Assembly (NCBI GenBank): GCA_964490445.1
Contig: CAZBDA010000017.1
Coordinates: forward strand, 148 to 64,147
Source of the DNA: an uncultured Rickettsiales bacterium
GTDB lineage: Bacteria > Myxococcota_A > UBA796 > UBA9615
Length of the DNA: 64,000 nt
Reading direction: 5' to 3'
Part shown: positions 63,254-64,000 of the stretch, piece after piece
How the letters are laid out: each line of letters begins with the position of its first letter
Numbering within the stretch: position 1 is the first letter of the stretch
The notes under the pieces: model-generated
What the model was told of the DNA's origin: nothing
The model's database searches: none
Seen by the model: only the letters and a program-made list of their open reading frames with translations
Translations under genes and position numbers: made by a program

Positions 63254-64000
63254 CTATTGCGGGTTGAAAGTAATCACCCACACAGCCTGTCCGCCGTAGG
63301 CACCATCGAGGTCGATGCCCGTGTGCGGATTGTCGTTGGGGTTCTTGAACAGCTGCCAGTAGCCGTACCAGTTGGAGGTACCACCCGCGTTCGCGGCCAC
63401 GGCCTCGAGGCCGGAACCCTCGGCGAGGGTGCCCTTCTGGTTGTCGACGTAACCGGCGTGGGTGAACTCAAGCTCGTACTCTTCCCAGGTAGCCCTCATC
63501 TCCTCTGCGGAGTAGCCGCCACCTTCAGCAAGGTCGAGGCCGAGGCTCTCCATGGAGTCAGCATCAACCAGCGCCATGGACAGGAAGTCACCGTAGCCAT
63601 CGGGTGCAGCCGTCAGCATCGCGGTACCAAAGTCCGCCTCAGCGGCCGCCAGCACTGCCGGGTCGCAGGCCTCGTCGTCAGCCGTGGGATCCGAGATGTC
63701 CTGGAGACTCGCCTGGTCGAATTCCAACAAGCCAGTGCAGTTGTTGCAACCATCAGCAACACCGAAGCCAAAGTTGCCGGTTCCGGTCAAACGAATGGTC
63801 TGGCGGCACTGCAGGATCTGGCTCTGGTAGTCAGTCCAGTAGGAGAAGGTGTAATCGACCGTCACGATGGAGGCGTCGTCGTCATCACCGGCGCTGTCGT
63901 CGTCGTCACCGGCGGTGTCGTCGTCGTCATCCCCTGCGCTGTCGTCGTCATCCCCTGCGCTGTCGTCGTCATCACCGGCACTATCATCGTCGTCACCGAG
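63254..64000 (-). CDS. C-terminal part of another poly-Asp-repeat acidic protein (the N-terminus lies beyond the window end)
   Basis: The frame is open to nt 64000 upstream of the annotated GTG. It encodes ...GDDDDSAGDDDDSAGDDDDDTAGDDDDSAGDDDD, then a Cys-containing globular domain. Confidence 0.65.
   Translation of the reverse strand, partial: LGDDDDSAGDDDDSAGDDDDSAGDDDDDTAGDDDDSAGDDDDASIVTVDYTFSYWTDYQSQILQCRQTIRLTGTGNFGFGVADGCNNCTGLLEFDQASLQDISDPTADDEACDPAVLAAAEADFGTAMLTAAPDGYGDFLSMALVDADSMESLGLDLAEGGGYSAEEMRATWEEYELEFTHAGYVDNQKGTLAEGSGLEAVAANAGGTSNWYGYWQLFKNPNDNPHTGIDLDGAYGGQAVWVITFNPQ
63866..64000 (-). repeat. 21-bp in-frame tandem repeat encoding DDDDSAG, truncated by the window edge
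   Basis: Seen directly in the DNA. Confidence 0.85.

Overview
This is a 64-kb window of about 68% GC that looks like bacterial chromosome, almost certainly Myxococcota. The attribution rests on a MYXO-CTERM-type tail on the first ORF, a DUF4388 protein, MopE-type Cys/Asp-rich motif arrays and many eukaryote-like extracellular modules (EGF-like, RCC1, TSP3-like, PPC). I call about 51 protein-coding genes and found no rRNA, tRNA, CRISPR array or transposase by eye. The six-frame track treats GTG/TTG as starts, and many long antisense 'shadow' ORFs were discarded. Housekeeping genes: thiC, ltaE, dapF-dapA-dapB (translationally coupled), gcvP convergent with a fmdB-like/folD/gcvT/gcvH operon, fbp, ileS (ATGA-coupled to an RpoH-like sigma factor), trkH, an M1 aminopeptidase, a HelD-like SF1 helicase, a Ski2-like DEAD/DEAH helicase and a DnaQ-like exonuclease. 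The most distinctive content is a dispersed family of at least 5 secreted lipoproteins that share an N-terminal module of signal peptide, lipobox Cys and in-frame poly-Asp tandem repeats (encoded by 18-24-bp DNA repeats), each fused to a different C-terminal domain: 2x PPC, an RCC1-type propeller, a novel triple ~90-aa repeat, and others. Also notable are a Pmp-like beta-helix protein carrying 8 MopE-type metal-binding motifs, a secreted M1 homolog that has lost HEXXH (pseudo-peptidase), an ATP-cone/2-phosphoglycerate-kinase fused to an archaeal-type iPGM (ApgM) domain, a B12-binding radical SAM enzyme with a Cx4Cx2C cluster, paired Get3/ArsA-like ATPases, and a MarR-led 5-gene envelope operon. 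Every functional call comes from motif reading by eye and none was searched against a database.
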